In this document: positions 28,878 to 37,614 of the stretch, in pieces
Numbering within the stretch: position 1 is the stretch's first letter
Layout of the letters: each line of letters begins with the position of its first letter
Source: Gammaproteobacteria bacterium
GTDB lineage: Bacteria; Pseudomonadota; Gammaproteobacteria; Steroidobacterales; Rariloculaceae
Direction: 5' to 3'
NCBI GenBank assembly: GCA_036563665.1
Contig: DATCLY010000070.1
Location: 284-64,283, forward strand
DNA length: 64,000 nucleotides
Made by a program: the position numbers and the translations under genes
Notes under the pieces: generated by a model
The model's database searches: none
What the model was told of the DNA's origin: nothing
Seen by the model: only the letters and a program-made list of their open reading frames with translations

Positions 28878-29150
28878 CGCTCGTAGCAAGCGGGCTCGGC
28901 TGCGGGGATTCTACAGCAGCCTCGTGCGACACGTTCGCTGGTAGAGCCCGACGGACATCCCGTCTGCTCCGACGACGAGCCGGGCAACTCGGGCAACTGC
29001 CGAGCCTGCGCCGACCGCTCGAGGAGCGGCGGGGGCGACGCCGACCCGCGCGGATGCGTCGCGGCGAGCTGATGGCGTTCGGCCGGAGCGGCTCGGCGAA
29101 GCTCCGCGGAGACGTGCAAAACTGAGATTGGGCTCGTTCCCGGTGGTCGA

Positions 29151-29246
29151 TGGCGGAAGGCAGCAGGAGTCGAACCTACCGGGGTGCGTCTGACGCCCCC
29201 GCCCGGGTTTGAAGCCCGGCCGCACCACCGGGTGCGTGTGCCTTCC
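29151..29246 (-). tRNA. selC: tRNA-Sec (anticodon UCA)
   Basis: The reverse complement reads GGAAGGCACACGCACCCGGTGGTGCGGCCGGGCTTCAAACCCGGGCGGGGGCGTCAGACGCACCCCGGTAGGTTCGACTCCTGCTGCCTTCCGCCA. It has a long acceptor stem, anticodon loop CT-TCA-AA, a long variable arm, a GGTTCGACTCC T-arm and an encoded CCA. It is 96 nt long and lies next to selB. Confidence 0.92.
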
Positions 29247-31155
29247 ATGCTTCCGGCCCAGCGCCGCCGCCTCGGCGCAGCAAGTGTACGTCGCGCACGC
29301 GACGCGTGTAACCGACGCGGTCGAAGAACTCGAGGATCTGGACCGCGCGCTTGCGCCCGATGCCGATCGCGTCGCGGAAACGCGCCGCCGTCGCAGCGCC
29401 CTCGGTGCGCTCGAGCCTCGCGACGATTTCCGCGAGCTCCCCGATGCAGCGGCTGTCGTAGAACAGGTCGCGCACGACCTGGCAGACCGCGCCTTGCCTC
29501 ACCTGCTTGCGCAACACCTCGCGCACCCGCTCCTCCCGCTCCCCGAGCACGGCGGCCAGGTCCCTGACCCACGGCGGGTTGAAACGTCCGGCGACGATCA
29601 ACGGCGTGAGACGCTCGGCGAGCGCGCGATCCTCGTCGGACAGCGTCATCTCGTGCTCGGGCGCTTGGAGCCATGCGCCGCGCCGGACGATCTCGCGGTC
29701 GTGCACGAGCGCATCGACGAGCGCCGCGCAAAGCGCGGGCGACAGGGCCGGGAAGGCGATGCGCCGCAGCCGCCCCGCGTCCGGACCGGGCTCGTCGGGC
29801 GCCGTGGCATGGAAGTCCCGCAGCGCCTCGAGCGCCCGCTCGCGAAGCCGCCGCCAGTGGCGCTCGAGCAGCACGAATCGCTCATCGCTCGTGTCGACCA
29901 CACGCGCGTCGTCCGGCAAGCGAATGCCCTCGGGAGGCAGCCCCGTCGCCCGAACGAGGTCAGGCATGGTCACGCCGTACGGCGCTTCGTGGAGCAGCGC
30001 TGTGACGTCGCCGTCGGCGATCGTTCGCTCGAGCGCCTCGAGCCTGCGGATCCGCTCGGCCGCGCGCCGCTTTCGCTGCGGGGCATCGGCATCGAGCACG
30101 ATGCCGCCGCCGATCGTTCGCGCCGCCGCCGCATCGCGGACGATGAAACGATCGCCCGGTAACGCGCACATCGGCGCGTCGAAGACCAGCTGCGCGCGCG
30201 CCGACTCCCCGCGACCGATCGCGCTCGATTCGAGCGGCACCACGTGTGCCACGCGGTGCGCCGTCCCGATGTGCACGTGCACCGGGGTACCCTGCCCGAG
30301 CCGCGCGGCGCCCGCCATCGGCAGCAGGCGCAGGCGCACGTCGAAGCGCTCGCTCGGCACGAGCAGGCCGGGCGCGGCGAGCCAGTCGCCGCGCGAGACG
30401 CCGTCCTTGTCGATGCCGGCGATGTTCAGCGCGCAACGCTCCCCTGCCCTGCCAACGACAGCCGGCCGTTGCTGGGCGTGAATGCCGCGAACGCGCACGG
30501 CAACCTGACCCGGCATGACGAGCACGTTGTCGCCGATCGAGACCTTCCCGGAGAACACCGTGCCCGTCACGACCGTGCCATGACCCGCGAGCGTGAAGAC
30601 GCGGTCGACGGCGAGCCTGAACAGCGCGTCCTCGCGCCGCTCGGCCGGGCCGGCGGCCGCCTGCTCGAGGTGCCGGCGCAGCGCCAGCGTGCCGGGGTCC
30701 GCGTCCGCTGCGGCATTGACCCGGAATAGCGGCGCCGCGGCCAGCGCCGTGCCGCGAAGCGCGTGGCGGACCGCGGCTTCCACGTCCCGCCTCCTCGCCG
30801 CATCGACACGATCGATCTTCGTCAGCGCGACGGCGCCCCGCGACACGCCGAGCAGCTCGAGGATCGCGATGTGCTCGAGCGTTTGCGGCATCACGCCGTC
30901 GTCGGCCGCCACGACGAGCAGCGCGAAGTCGATGCCGCATGCGCCCGCGACCATCGTACGCACGAGCCGCTCGTGACCGGGCACGTCGACGAACCCGAGG
31001 ACGGTGCCGTCGGCGAGCGGGACGTAGGCGTAGCCGAGCTCGATCGTCATGCCGCGCGCCTTCTCCTCGTCGAGCCGATCCGTGTCCACGCCGGTCAGCG
31101 CGCGCACGAGCGTGGTCTTGCCGTGATCGATGTGTCCTGCCGTGCCGATGATCAT
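29176..31155 (-). CDS. selB: selenocysteine-specific translation elongation factor SelB
   Basis: The N-terminus is MIIGTAGHIDHGKTTLVRALTG...DVPGHERLV...TKIDRV. The C-terminal winged-helix region ends ...ILEFFDRVGYTRRVRDVHLL. The ORF has no stop until TAG 29176, inside the tRNA-Sec gene. Confidence 0.92.
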   Translation of the reverse strand: MIIGTAGHIDHGKTTLVRALTGVDTDRLDEEKARGMTIELGYAYVPLADGTVLGFVDVPGHERLVRTMVAGACGIDFALLVVAADDGVMPQTLEHIAILELLGVSRGAVALTKIDRVDAARRRDVEAAVRHALRGTALAAAPLFRVNAAADADPGTLALRRHLEQAAAGPAERREDALFRLAVDRVFTLAGHGTVVTGTVFSGKVSIGDNVLVMPGQVAVRVRGIHAQQRPAVVGRAGERCALNIAGIDKDGVSRGDWLAAPGLLVPSERFDVRLRLLPMAGAARLGQGTPVHVHIGTAHRVAHVVPLESSAIGRGESARAQLVFDAPMCALPGDRFIVRDAAAARTIGGGIVLDADAPQRKRRAAERIRRLEALERTIADGDVTALLHEAPYGVTMPDLVRATGLPPEGIRLPDDARVVDTSDERFVLLERHWRRLRERALEALRDFHATAPDEPGPDAGRLRRIAFPALSPALCAALVDALVHDREIVRRGAWLQAPEHEMTLSDEDRALAERLTPLIVAGRFNPPWVRDLAAVLGEREERVREVLRKQVRQGAVCQVVRDLFYDSRCIGELAEIVARLERTEGAATAARFRDAIGIGRKRAVQILEFFDRVGYTRRVRDVHLLRRGGGAGPEAWKAHAPGGAAGLQTRAGASDAPR

Positions 31156-31495
31156 GATCGGACGCTACCGACTCGCCGAGCGGGCATCACGTTGAACGAC
31201 GCATGGGGCGGCTCGAGCGTGAGGCTCGATGACGCGGCAGTGCTCCAATGCCGGCTCCCGACCCTCCGATTGTATGGCTGCTCGGCCATGACGCGGCCGC
31301 TCGGCCGGGCCCCGCGCGGCCCCGCCGGCGGCGGCCGCGACGGACCGGACGGAAGGCGGCCGGGGGCCCGATCGAAGCCCCATCCGCAACGCGACGCCGG
31401 GCCTGCCGGCACGGGACCGCTCATCGGCGGCGGACTTCGTTCGCCCCGACCACACCGCCTTGCCGTAAGATTTTCCCCCCAGGAGGTGATCGATC

Positions 31496-33127
31496 GTGGG
31501 AAGCGCCGTCCGTTCGACTGAGGAGGTTCCGGTCCTGATCGTCGGGGGTAGCCTCGTCGGGCTCACGACGGCGCTCCTGCTGGCCCGGCACGGCGTGCAG
31601 GCGCTCACCGTGGAGCGTCACCCGGGCACCGCCATCCACCCGCGCGCGGGCCACTTCCAGATCCGCACGGTCGAGATCTTGCGTGAGGTCGGCCTCGAGG
31701 AAGAGGCCCGGCGGCAATCGCGAGAGACGTACGATCCGGAGGGCGGCATCATCGCGGTCGAGGCGCTCGCAGGCAGGGAGGTCGCGCGCTTCATCCCGAA
31801 TCTCAACGTGGGCGTGGATCACAGGAGCCCCACGGGACGGCTATTCGTCGACCAGGACGTGCTGGAGCCGCTGCTGCGCCGTAAGGCCGAGGAGCTCGGC
31901 GCGCGGCTCTGCTATCGCACCGAGATGACCTCGTTCGAGCAGGACGTGGACTGCGTGCGCGCCGTCGTCCGCGATCTCGATAGCGGCGACGAGCGCGAGG
32001 TGGTGGCGCGCTACATGGTGGCGGCGGACGGCAATCGGAGCCGCGTGCGCAAGGCGCTCGGCATCGAGATGCAGGGTTACGGCCTCCTCTCGAAGAGCGT
32101 CACGATCTACTTCGAGGCGGACTGCGCGCCGTACCTGCAGGGCCGCAACTCGGGCGTCTTCTACGTGCACAATCCCACGCTCCGCGGATTCTTCCGCCTG
32201 AACCGCGCGGCGCAACGGGGTTTCCTCGCCATCAACTGCATCGGCGAGGACGTGACGCGCGACGAGGCCGTCATCGTGTCGGCGGGCATGAGCGAAGAGC
32301 GCGCGGTCGAGCTGCTGCGTGCAGCCATCGGCGTGCCGGGGTTGCCGATGAAGGTGCGGCAGATCGTGCCGTGGGACGCCGAGGCGAACGTCGCGTCGCG
32401 CTTCAGCGAGGGCCGCGTGTTCCTCGCGGGCGATGCCGCGCACGTCGTGCCGCCGAACGGCGGCTTCGGCGGCAACACCGGCGTTCAAGACGCGCACAAC
32501 CTTGCGTGGAAGCTCGCCCTGGTCGTGAACGGAAAGGCGGGGCCCGAGCTGCTCGAGACTTACGACCAGGAGCGGCGGCCCATCGGCGCCTTCACGGTCG
32601 ATCAGGCATACGCGCGCTACGCCACGCGCGTCGTGCCCGAACGCGGCCTGGAGAAGGTCAAGCCGGTGGTCGACGACTTGCTGATCGAGATCGGCTACCG
32701 CTATCGATCCTCCGCCGTGATCGGCGGCTCCCCCGAGGCCCCGTTGGTCGAGCACCCCGACGGGCTGCGGGCCGCGCCCGGCACGCGTGCGCCGCACGTC
32801 GTGCTCGAGCGCGACGGCGCGTCCATCTCGACGCTCGATCTGTTCGGCCGGCACTTCGTCGTGCTCACGGGACCGGAGGGCGGCGCGTGGCACGAGGCGG
32901 CCGCGCAAGCCGCGAACGCGCTCGGCGTTCCGATCGACGTCTGGCAAGTGGGCGGCGACCGCGGCCTGCGCGACGTCGACGGCCGGTTTCTAGAGGCGTA
33001 TGCGCTCGGGCCGGCCGACGCCGTGCTCGTGCGGCCGGACTCGTTCGTCGCGTGGCGGGCCCGCGACTCGGATGCGAACGGCGACGCGCTCGCGCGCGCA
33101 CTCGCGTCGATACTCTCGCGCACCTGA
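31496..33127 (+). CDS. FAD-dependent aromatic-ring monooxygenase (PheA/TfdB-like)
   Basis: GTG 31496 lies 8 nt after AGGAGG. The dinucleotide fold reads [22 protein letters not shown]. It also has DG.RS ([10 protein letters not shown]) and [35 protein letters not shown]. Confidence 0.85.
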   Translation: MGSAVRSTEEVPVLIVGGSLVGLTTALLLARHGVQALTVERHPGTAIHPRAGHFQIRTVEILREVGLEEEARRQSRETYDPEGGIIAVEALAGREVARFIPNLNVGVDHRSPTGRLFVDQDVLEPLLRRKAEELGARLCYRTEMTSFEQDVDCVRAVVRDLDSGDEREVVARYMVAADGNRSRVRKALGIEMQGYGLLSKSVTIYFEADCAPYLQGRNSGVFYVHNPTLRGFFRLNRAAQRGFLAINCIGEDVTRDEAVIVSAGMSEERAVELLRAAIGVPGLPMKVRQIVPWDAEANVASRFSEGRVFLAGDAAHVVPPNGGFGGNTGVQDAHNLAWKLALVVNGKAGPELLETYDQERRPIGAFTVDQAYARYATRVVPERGLEKVKPVVDDLLIEIGYRYRSSAVIGGSPEAPLVEHPDGLRAAPGTRAPHVVLERDGASISTLDLFGRHFVVLTGPEGGAWHEAAAQAANALGVPIDVWQVGGDRGLRDVDGRFLEAYALGPADAVLVRPDSFVAWRARDSDANGDALARALASILSRT

Positions 33128-34452
33128 AGCGGAGCTCACTGAGCGCCACTCGCGCCGGCCGAGCACTCGAGGTCGCCGCGCCCCGGAGCTTCAGCCAGCC
33201 GTGCTGCGAGTCCACCGGGGAGGCGCTCGCCGCGATCTTTCCGGAAGCGCTGATTCAACAGGAGGTGTCGGGCGAGCGCTGGATTCCGATCCCCGCGCCG
33301 GTGCGCGAGGTGTATCGCCTGTGGCGCCCGACTCCACTGTTTCGCGCACACCGCCTCGAAGCCGCGCTCGGCACGCCCGCGAAGATCTTCTACAAGTACG
33401 AAGGCGTGAGCCCCGCGGGCTCCCACAAGCCGAACACGGCGGTCGTCCAGGCGTACTACAACCGCGAGGCCGGCATCCGCCGCTTCACGACCGAAACCGG
33501 CGCCGGCCAGTGGGGCTCGTCGCTTGCGCTCGCCGGCCGGATGTTCGGGCTCGAAGTGCGCGTGTTCATGGTCAAGGTGAGCTACGAGCAGAAGCCCTAC
33601 CGCCGCTCCATGATGCAGGCATGGGGCGCGGAGGTGCTCGCGAGCCCTACGAACGTCACCGAGGCCGGCCGCAAGGTGCTGGCCGCCGATCCCGCGAGCT
33701 CGGGCTCGCTCGGCATCGCGATTTCCGAGGCCGTCGAAGAGGCGGCGAGCCGCAAGGACACCAACTACGCGCTGGGGTCCGTGCTCAACCACGTGTTGCT
33801 ACACCAGACCGTGATCGGTCTCGAGGCGAAGAAGCAGCTGGAGAAGGCCGGCGTCTATCCGGACCTCGTCATCGCCTCGTGCGGCGGCGGCTCCAACTTC
33901 GGCGGCATCGCGTTTCCATTCCTCGCCGACAAGGCGGCCGGCAAGCAGGTGCGGCTCGTGGCGGTCGAGCCGACGTCCTGTCCCACGCTCACGAAGGGCG
34001 TGTACGCCTACGACTTCGGCGACGTTGCAGGCTACACGCCGCTGATGAAGATGTATACGCTCGGCCACGACTTCATCCCGCCCGGCATTCACGCCGGCGG
34101 CTTGCGCTACCACGGCGATTCGCCGCTCGTCTCGCAGCTCTACCACGAGAAGCTGATCGAAGCGGTCGCGGTGCCGCAGCTCGCCACGTTCGAAGCAGGC
34201 GTGCAGTTCGCGCGCACCGAAGGCATCATCCCCGCCCCCGAGTCGGCGCACTCGATACGCGTCTCCATCGACGAGGCGCTCGCGGCGAAGAAGGCCAACG
34301 AGCCTCGCGTCATTCTCTTCAATCTATCCGGCCACGGCCATTTCGACATGTCGGCGTACGACAAGTACTTCGCAGGACAGCTCGAGGACTTCGCCTATCC
34401 GGAGGCCGCCATCGCGGAATCGATGAAGAAGCTTCCGAAGGTGGCCGGCTGA
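33052..34452 (+). CDS. TrpB2-type tryptophan synthase beta-like PLP enzyme; start undefined and N-terminus not recognisable
   Basis: This is the conserved part of track ORF 32371..34452: [76 protein letters not shown]...[13 protein letters not shown]...[11 protein letters not shown]. The first in-frame ATG is deep inside the conserved core. GTG 33052 overlaps the upstream gene and yields a non-conserved Arg-rich leader. Confidence 0.75.
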   Translation: MAGPRLGCERRRARARTRVDTLAHLKRSSLSATRAGRALEVAAPRSFSQPCCESTGEALAAIFPEALIQQEVSGERWIPIPAPVREVYRLWRPTPLFRAHRLEAALGTPAKIFYKYEGVSPAGSHKPNTAVVQAYYNREAGIRRFTTETGAGQWGSSLALAGRMFGLEVRVFMVKVSYEQKPYRRSMMQAWGAEVLASPTNVTEAGRKVLAADPASSGSLGIAISEAVEEAASRKDTNYALGSVLNHVLLHQTVIGLEAKKQLEKAGVYPDLVIASCGGGSNFGGIAFPFLADKAAGKQVRLVAVEPTSCPTLTKGVYAYDFGDVAGYTPLMKMYTLGHDFIPPGIHAGGLRYHGDSPLVSQLYHEKLIEAVAVPQLATFEAGVQFARTEGIIPAPESAHSIRVSIDEALAAKKANEPRVILFNLSGHGHFDMSAYDKYFAGQLEDFAYPEAAIAESMKKLPKVAG

Positions 34453-34512
34453 CCGATCGGCCAGCGGTCGGCGCTACAGGTTTGGCGGGTGCGGACGGCG
34501 CCGGCGCCGACG

Positions 34513-34959
34513 TCATCGTGGGGACATGGAAGATCCCACAGCGATGACGCCGCCCCTCACGATTCTCGCGTTCAAGCCGCCGCGATGCACGAAGAACCGA
34601 ACCACCTCCTTGTGCGTGTTCCTCGCCCACTTCGTGCACGGTTCGCACAACTCGACGCCCTCGAGCTCGCACTCGCCGACGCGGAATCGTCTGCCCACGA
34701 GCGCGTTCAGCTCGACTCCCCTCGTGACGAGGTTGCGCCGCGGCGCGGACGGATCCATTGCCAGCCCCGTTTCCCGGACGAAGCTCTCGATCTGCTCCAG
34801 CTCGATGAGCGTGACCTGTTGTCCGGGATCCTTTCTGTTCTTGGCATCCGAATAGCGATCGCCTTTCAACCCCGTGTCTGCAATCGCCTCGACCGACTCC
34901 ACGGCCTCGCAGCGGGCGCCACGTTCGGGCGCGATGAATATGTGCTCGATGCGACCCAT
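34513..34959 (-). CDS. MOSC domain protein
   Basis: 148 aa reading IEHIFIAPERGARCEAVESVEAIADTGLKGDRY...QVTLIELEQI...RRNLVTRGVELNALVGRRFRVGECELEGVELCEPC. Confidence 0.8.
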   Translation of the reverse strand: MGRIEHIFIAPERGARCEAVESVEAIADTGLKGDRYSDAKNRKDPGQQVTLIELEQIESFVRETGLAMDPSAPRRNLVTRGVELNALVGRRFRVGECELEGVELCEPCTKWARNTHKEVVRFFVHRGGLNARIVRGGVIAVGSSMSPR

Positions 34960-35054
34960 CGTCCTTCAGATCCCCAGGCCCGAGCACGAGCTGGCCGCAC
35001 GAGCCAATCGCTACACGCGGCTCTCGTCGGTGGAGTCTACCTTGCAACCGTGCC

Positions 35055-35144
35055 TTATGCCGTCCACGCCACCGATCGTCCGATATCGATCCTGTTCCCG
35101 TCGGGATCGGCGAACACGAAACTGCGCAGACCGTACTTCAAGCG
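35055..35144 (-). pseudogene. 29-codon C-terminal remnant of a VOC/glyoxalase-family gene
   Basis: It lies directly after, and in frame with, the fdhE stop (TAG 35145-35147). The translation RLKYGLRSFVFADPDGNRIDIGRSVAWTA-stop is the typical last beta-strand region of VOC proteins. Confidence 0.55.
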
Positions 35145-36077
35145 CTATCCGCCGCGGGTCCACAGCAGCGGATTGCCGCTGGCGCGATGGTAGCCCGCCT
35201 CGGCGAGCAGCAAATCGAGCGCGAGGCTCGCGAGATCGTCGGCCACCGCCTCGACCCGCTCGTCCTCCTCTTGATACAGGATCTTCCGATACGTGCGGCA
35301 GCGGTTGCAGCACTCGGCGCGGATCGCCCCGGGACCGCCTTCAATGGATCGGTACGAGATGCCCTGCGTCGAGTGGCAGTGGCTGCACGTGACGCGAACG
35401 AGGTACCACTCGGTTGCACACAGGGCGCAGTGCAGGAACCGCCGCCCTTGCGACGCCCCGTCCTCGCGCACCACGCTCGCCACCGGTAGCGTGCCGCACA
35501 CGGGACAGACGCCAGGCGCCCCCGCGCCCTCAACGGCCTCGCGCGGCAGCCGGCTCGCGAGGGCGGCCGCGCACACCTGCAAAGCTGCCATCACGAACGG
35601 CGCCGCGGCCGCGTCCAGCTCGGCCGAGCGGCCGCCGAGGACCGCGTCGGCCTGGCGGTCGAGCGCGTCGGTCGGCGCCGCACTCAGCCGTTCGAGCACC
35701 TGCCGCACGCTTGCGGGCAGCTCCGCGGCCGCTTGAAGCGCGTCCGAGAGCTGCACCAGCACGTTCTGCCATTCGCCGTCGCGCAGCGCGGCGCCGTCGA
35801 CAACCGGCATGCCGTGCTCGCGCGCCCGCGCGAACTCCGCGTCGCCGGGCAACGCCTTCGGCGCGAAGCCCTCGAGCACGCGCTGCTGAGCGTCGGCGAG
35901 CGACGCCATAAAATGAAGGTACTCGGCGATCGAATGGCCGATCGCCTCCTCGGCCGCGAGCTCGCGCAGCCGCGCGGCACGGGCGGCGAACAGCTTGTCG
36001 GGCTCGGGAAGTCGCACGCGGGGCGGCTCGTGCCCCGCGAGCGCCTCAATCTGGCCGCGCTCGAGAATCCGCCGCAT
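35145..36077 (-). CDS. fdhE: formate dehydrogenase accessory protein FdhE
   Basis: 310 aa with the Cys clusters CPVCG...LHCALCATEW...CSHCH...CCNRCRTY. Confidence 0.9.
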   Translation of the reverse strand: MRRILERGQIEALAGHEPPRVRLPEPDKLFAARAARLRELAAEEAIGHSIAEYLHFMASLADAQQRVLEGFAPKALPGDAEFARAREHGMPVVDGAALRDGEWQNVLVQLSDALQAAAELPASVRQVLERLSAAPTDALDRQADAVLGGRSAELDAAAAPFVMAALQVCAAALASRLPREAVEGAGAPGVCPVCGTLPVASVVREDGASQGRRFLHCALCATEWYLVRVTCSHCHSTQGISYRSIEGGPGAIRAECCNRCRTYRKILYQEEDERVEAVADDLASLALDLLLAEAGYHRASGNPLLWTRGG

Positions 36078-36705
36078 GCCTCAACCTTTCGCGGAACCAG
36101 GCCCGGTGATGCTTGTAGGCCCAACCCGCGCTCACGCGGCCGCGGATCATCGCCTGCAGAGATCCCTTGACCCAGATGGCCGCGTACACGTGCACGATGA
36201 TCGCGACGATCAGCACCCAGGCGAGGAACGCGTGGGCGAGCGACGCGACGCGCACCGCCTCGAGCGGGAACAGACCGGAGAAGTACCGCCGCCAGATCAC
36301 GATCCCGGAGAGCAGGAGCCCGGCGAGCGCCACGACGAGCACGAAGAAGAGCAGCTTCTGGCCGGCGTTGTAGCGGCCGACCGCGGGCAACTCTTCCTCG
36401 CGATTGCGCAGCACGTGCCCGACGCGGCGCAGCCACTCCCAGTCACGCGCGTCCATGAGGTTGTCGCGGAACACCGCTCCGGCGAGCAGGACGAACGCGA
36501 CCGTCATCAGCACGCCCATGATCGGGTGCAGGATTCGCGTCCACGGCCCGCCGCCGAAGAGCGCGGCGAGCCAGTAGAGCGCCGGATGGAACAGCGCGAG
36601 CCCCGAGAGCGCCGCGAGCACGAAGAGCGCGGCAACGATCCAGTGATTCGTGCGCACGTTCGCGCTGTAACGCTCGAGCATGAGGCGCCGCTCGGGTTCA
36701 GGCAT
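36046..36705 (-). CDS. fdnI: formate dehydrogenase gamma subunit (cytochrome b556)
   Basis: The sequence reads [32 protein letters not shown]...ILHPIMG...[10 protein letters not shown]...[23 protein letters not shown] 36705 overlaps the fdnH stop (ATGCCTGA). The 3' end overlaps fdhE by 32 nt. Confidence 0.85.
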   Translation of the reverse strand: MPEPERRLMLERYSANVRTNHWIVAALFVLAALSGLALFHPALYWLAALFGGGPWTRILHPIMGVLMTVAFVLLAGAVFRDNLMDARDWEWLRRVGHVLRNREEELPAVGRYNAGQKLLFFVLVVALAGLLLSGIVIWRRYFSGLFPLEAVRVASLAHAFLAWVLIVAIIVHVYAAIWVKGSLQAMIRGRVSAGWAYKHHRAWFRERLRHAADSRARPD

Positions 36706-37606
36706 TCCTCGTCTCCTCCTCCATCGCACGCGCGGCGGCACGCTCGTCCTCGTCGCTCACCTCGTTCGGCCCGACGCGCAGGTAATGCAGGAAACCCGCC
36801 ACCGCCGCGAGCAGCATGCCGGCGAGGCCGAGCGGCTTCGTGATCCCCTTCCACAGCCCGACCAGCGGGCTGATCCGGGGGTTCTGCGGCAGGCCGCTGT
36901 AGAGGTCTGCGCGGTCGGCGTGATGGAGCACGTACAGCACGTGCGTGCCGCCGACGCCTTCCGGATCGTACACGCCCGCGTTGTCGAAGCCACGGGATTT
37001 GAGATCCGCCACGCGCTCGGCCGCGTGCTTCAGCATGTCCTCCTTCGTGCCGAACACGAGCGCGCCGGTCGGGCAGGCCTTCACGCACGCCGGCTCGCGT
37101 CCCACCGCCACGCGGTCGGAGCAGAGCGTGCACTTGTACGCCTTGCGGTCGACCTCCGAGATCCGCGGAATGTTGAACGGGCAGCCGGTGATGCAGTAGC
37201 CGCAGCCGATACAGTGCTCGCTGTCGAAATCGACGATGCCGTTCGCGTACTGCACGATCGCGCCTGGCGCCGGGCACGCCTTGAGGCAGCCGGGATCGGC
37301 GCAGTGCATGCAGCCGTCCTTGCGGATGAGCCATTCGAGATCGCCGTCGTCGGTCTCGTGCTCCGTGAAGCGCATCAGCGTCCACGAGCTCGGGGTGAGG
37401 TCGTGCGGGTTCTCGTAGAAGCCGGTGCAGGTGCCGATCTCGTCGCGCAGGTCGTTCCACTCCATACACGCGACCTGGCACGCCTTGCAGCCGATGCACT
37501 TCGACGTATCGATCAGCTTCGCCACCGGCGCCACCGCCCGTCGCGCCTGCGGCGGCCGCGTCGTGGTCGCGGAGCGGCGGACGATGTCTTGCGACTCGAG
37601 GGCCAT
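36698..37606 (-). CDS. fdnH: formate dehydrogenase beta (4Fe-4S) subunit
   Basis: This is the real part of track ORF 36698..38470. The N-terminus is [16 protein letters not shown]...[24 protein letters not shown]. It has further CxxCxxC clusters and a C-terminal TM anchor. Confidence 0.9.
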   Translation of the reverse strand: MALESQDIVRRSATTTRPPQARRAVAPVAKLIDTSKCIGCKACQVACMEWNDLRDEIGTCTGFYENPHDLTPSSWTLMRFTEHETDDGDLEWLIRKDGCMHCADPGCLKACPAPGAIVQYANGIVDFDSEHCIGCGYCITGCPFNIPRISEVDRKAYKCTLCSDRVAVGREPACVKACPTGALVFGTKEDMLKHAAERVADLKSRGFDNAGVYDPEGVGGTHVLYVLHHADRADLYSGLPQNPRISPLVGLWKGITKPLGLAGMLLAAVAGFLHYLRVGPNEVSDEDERAAARAMEEETRNA

Positions 37607-37614
37607 GGCTGCTC

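Noticed and set aside
28982-29000. A direct duplication (gggcaact x2) near tRNA-Sec, as a possible att-like repeat.
   Set aside because: It is only two copies of an 8-9-mer with no partner elsewhere that I could find. It is too short to interpret.
25452-29150. A genomic island integrated at the 3' side of tRNA-Sec, since selC is a classic island integration site.
   Set aside because: I saw no integrase, transposase or phage genes and no obvious direct repeat of the tRNA 3' end. The flanking genes (cytochrome c peroxidase, OmpA-like) have host-like composition. Only the 700-bp stretch at 25830-26542 looks atypical.
31156-31495. A remnant of selA in the 340-bp non-coding stretch upstream of selB.
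   Set aside because: I translated all three minus-strand frames by hand and found nothing resembling the SelA C-terminus. A profile search would be needed to exclude a very degraded trace.
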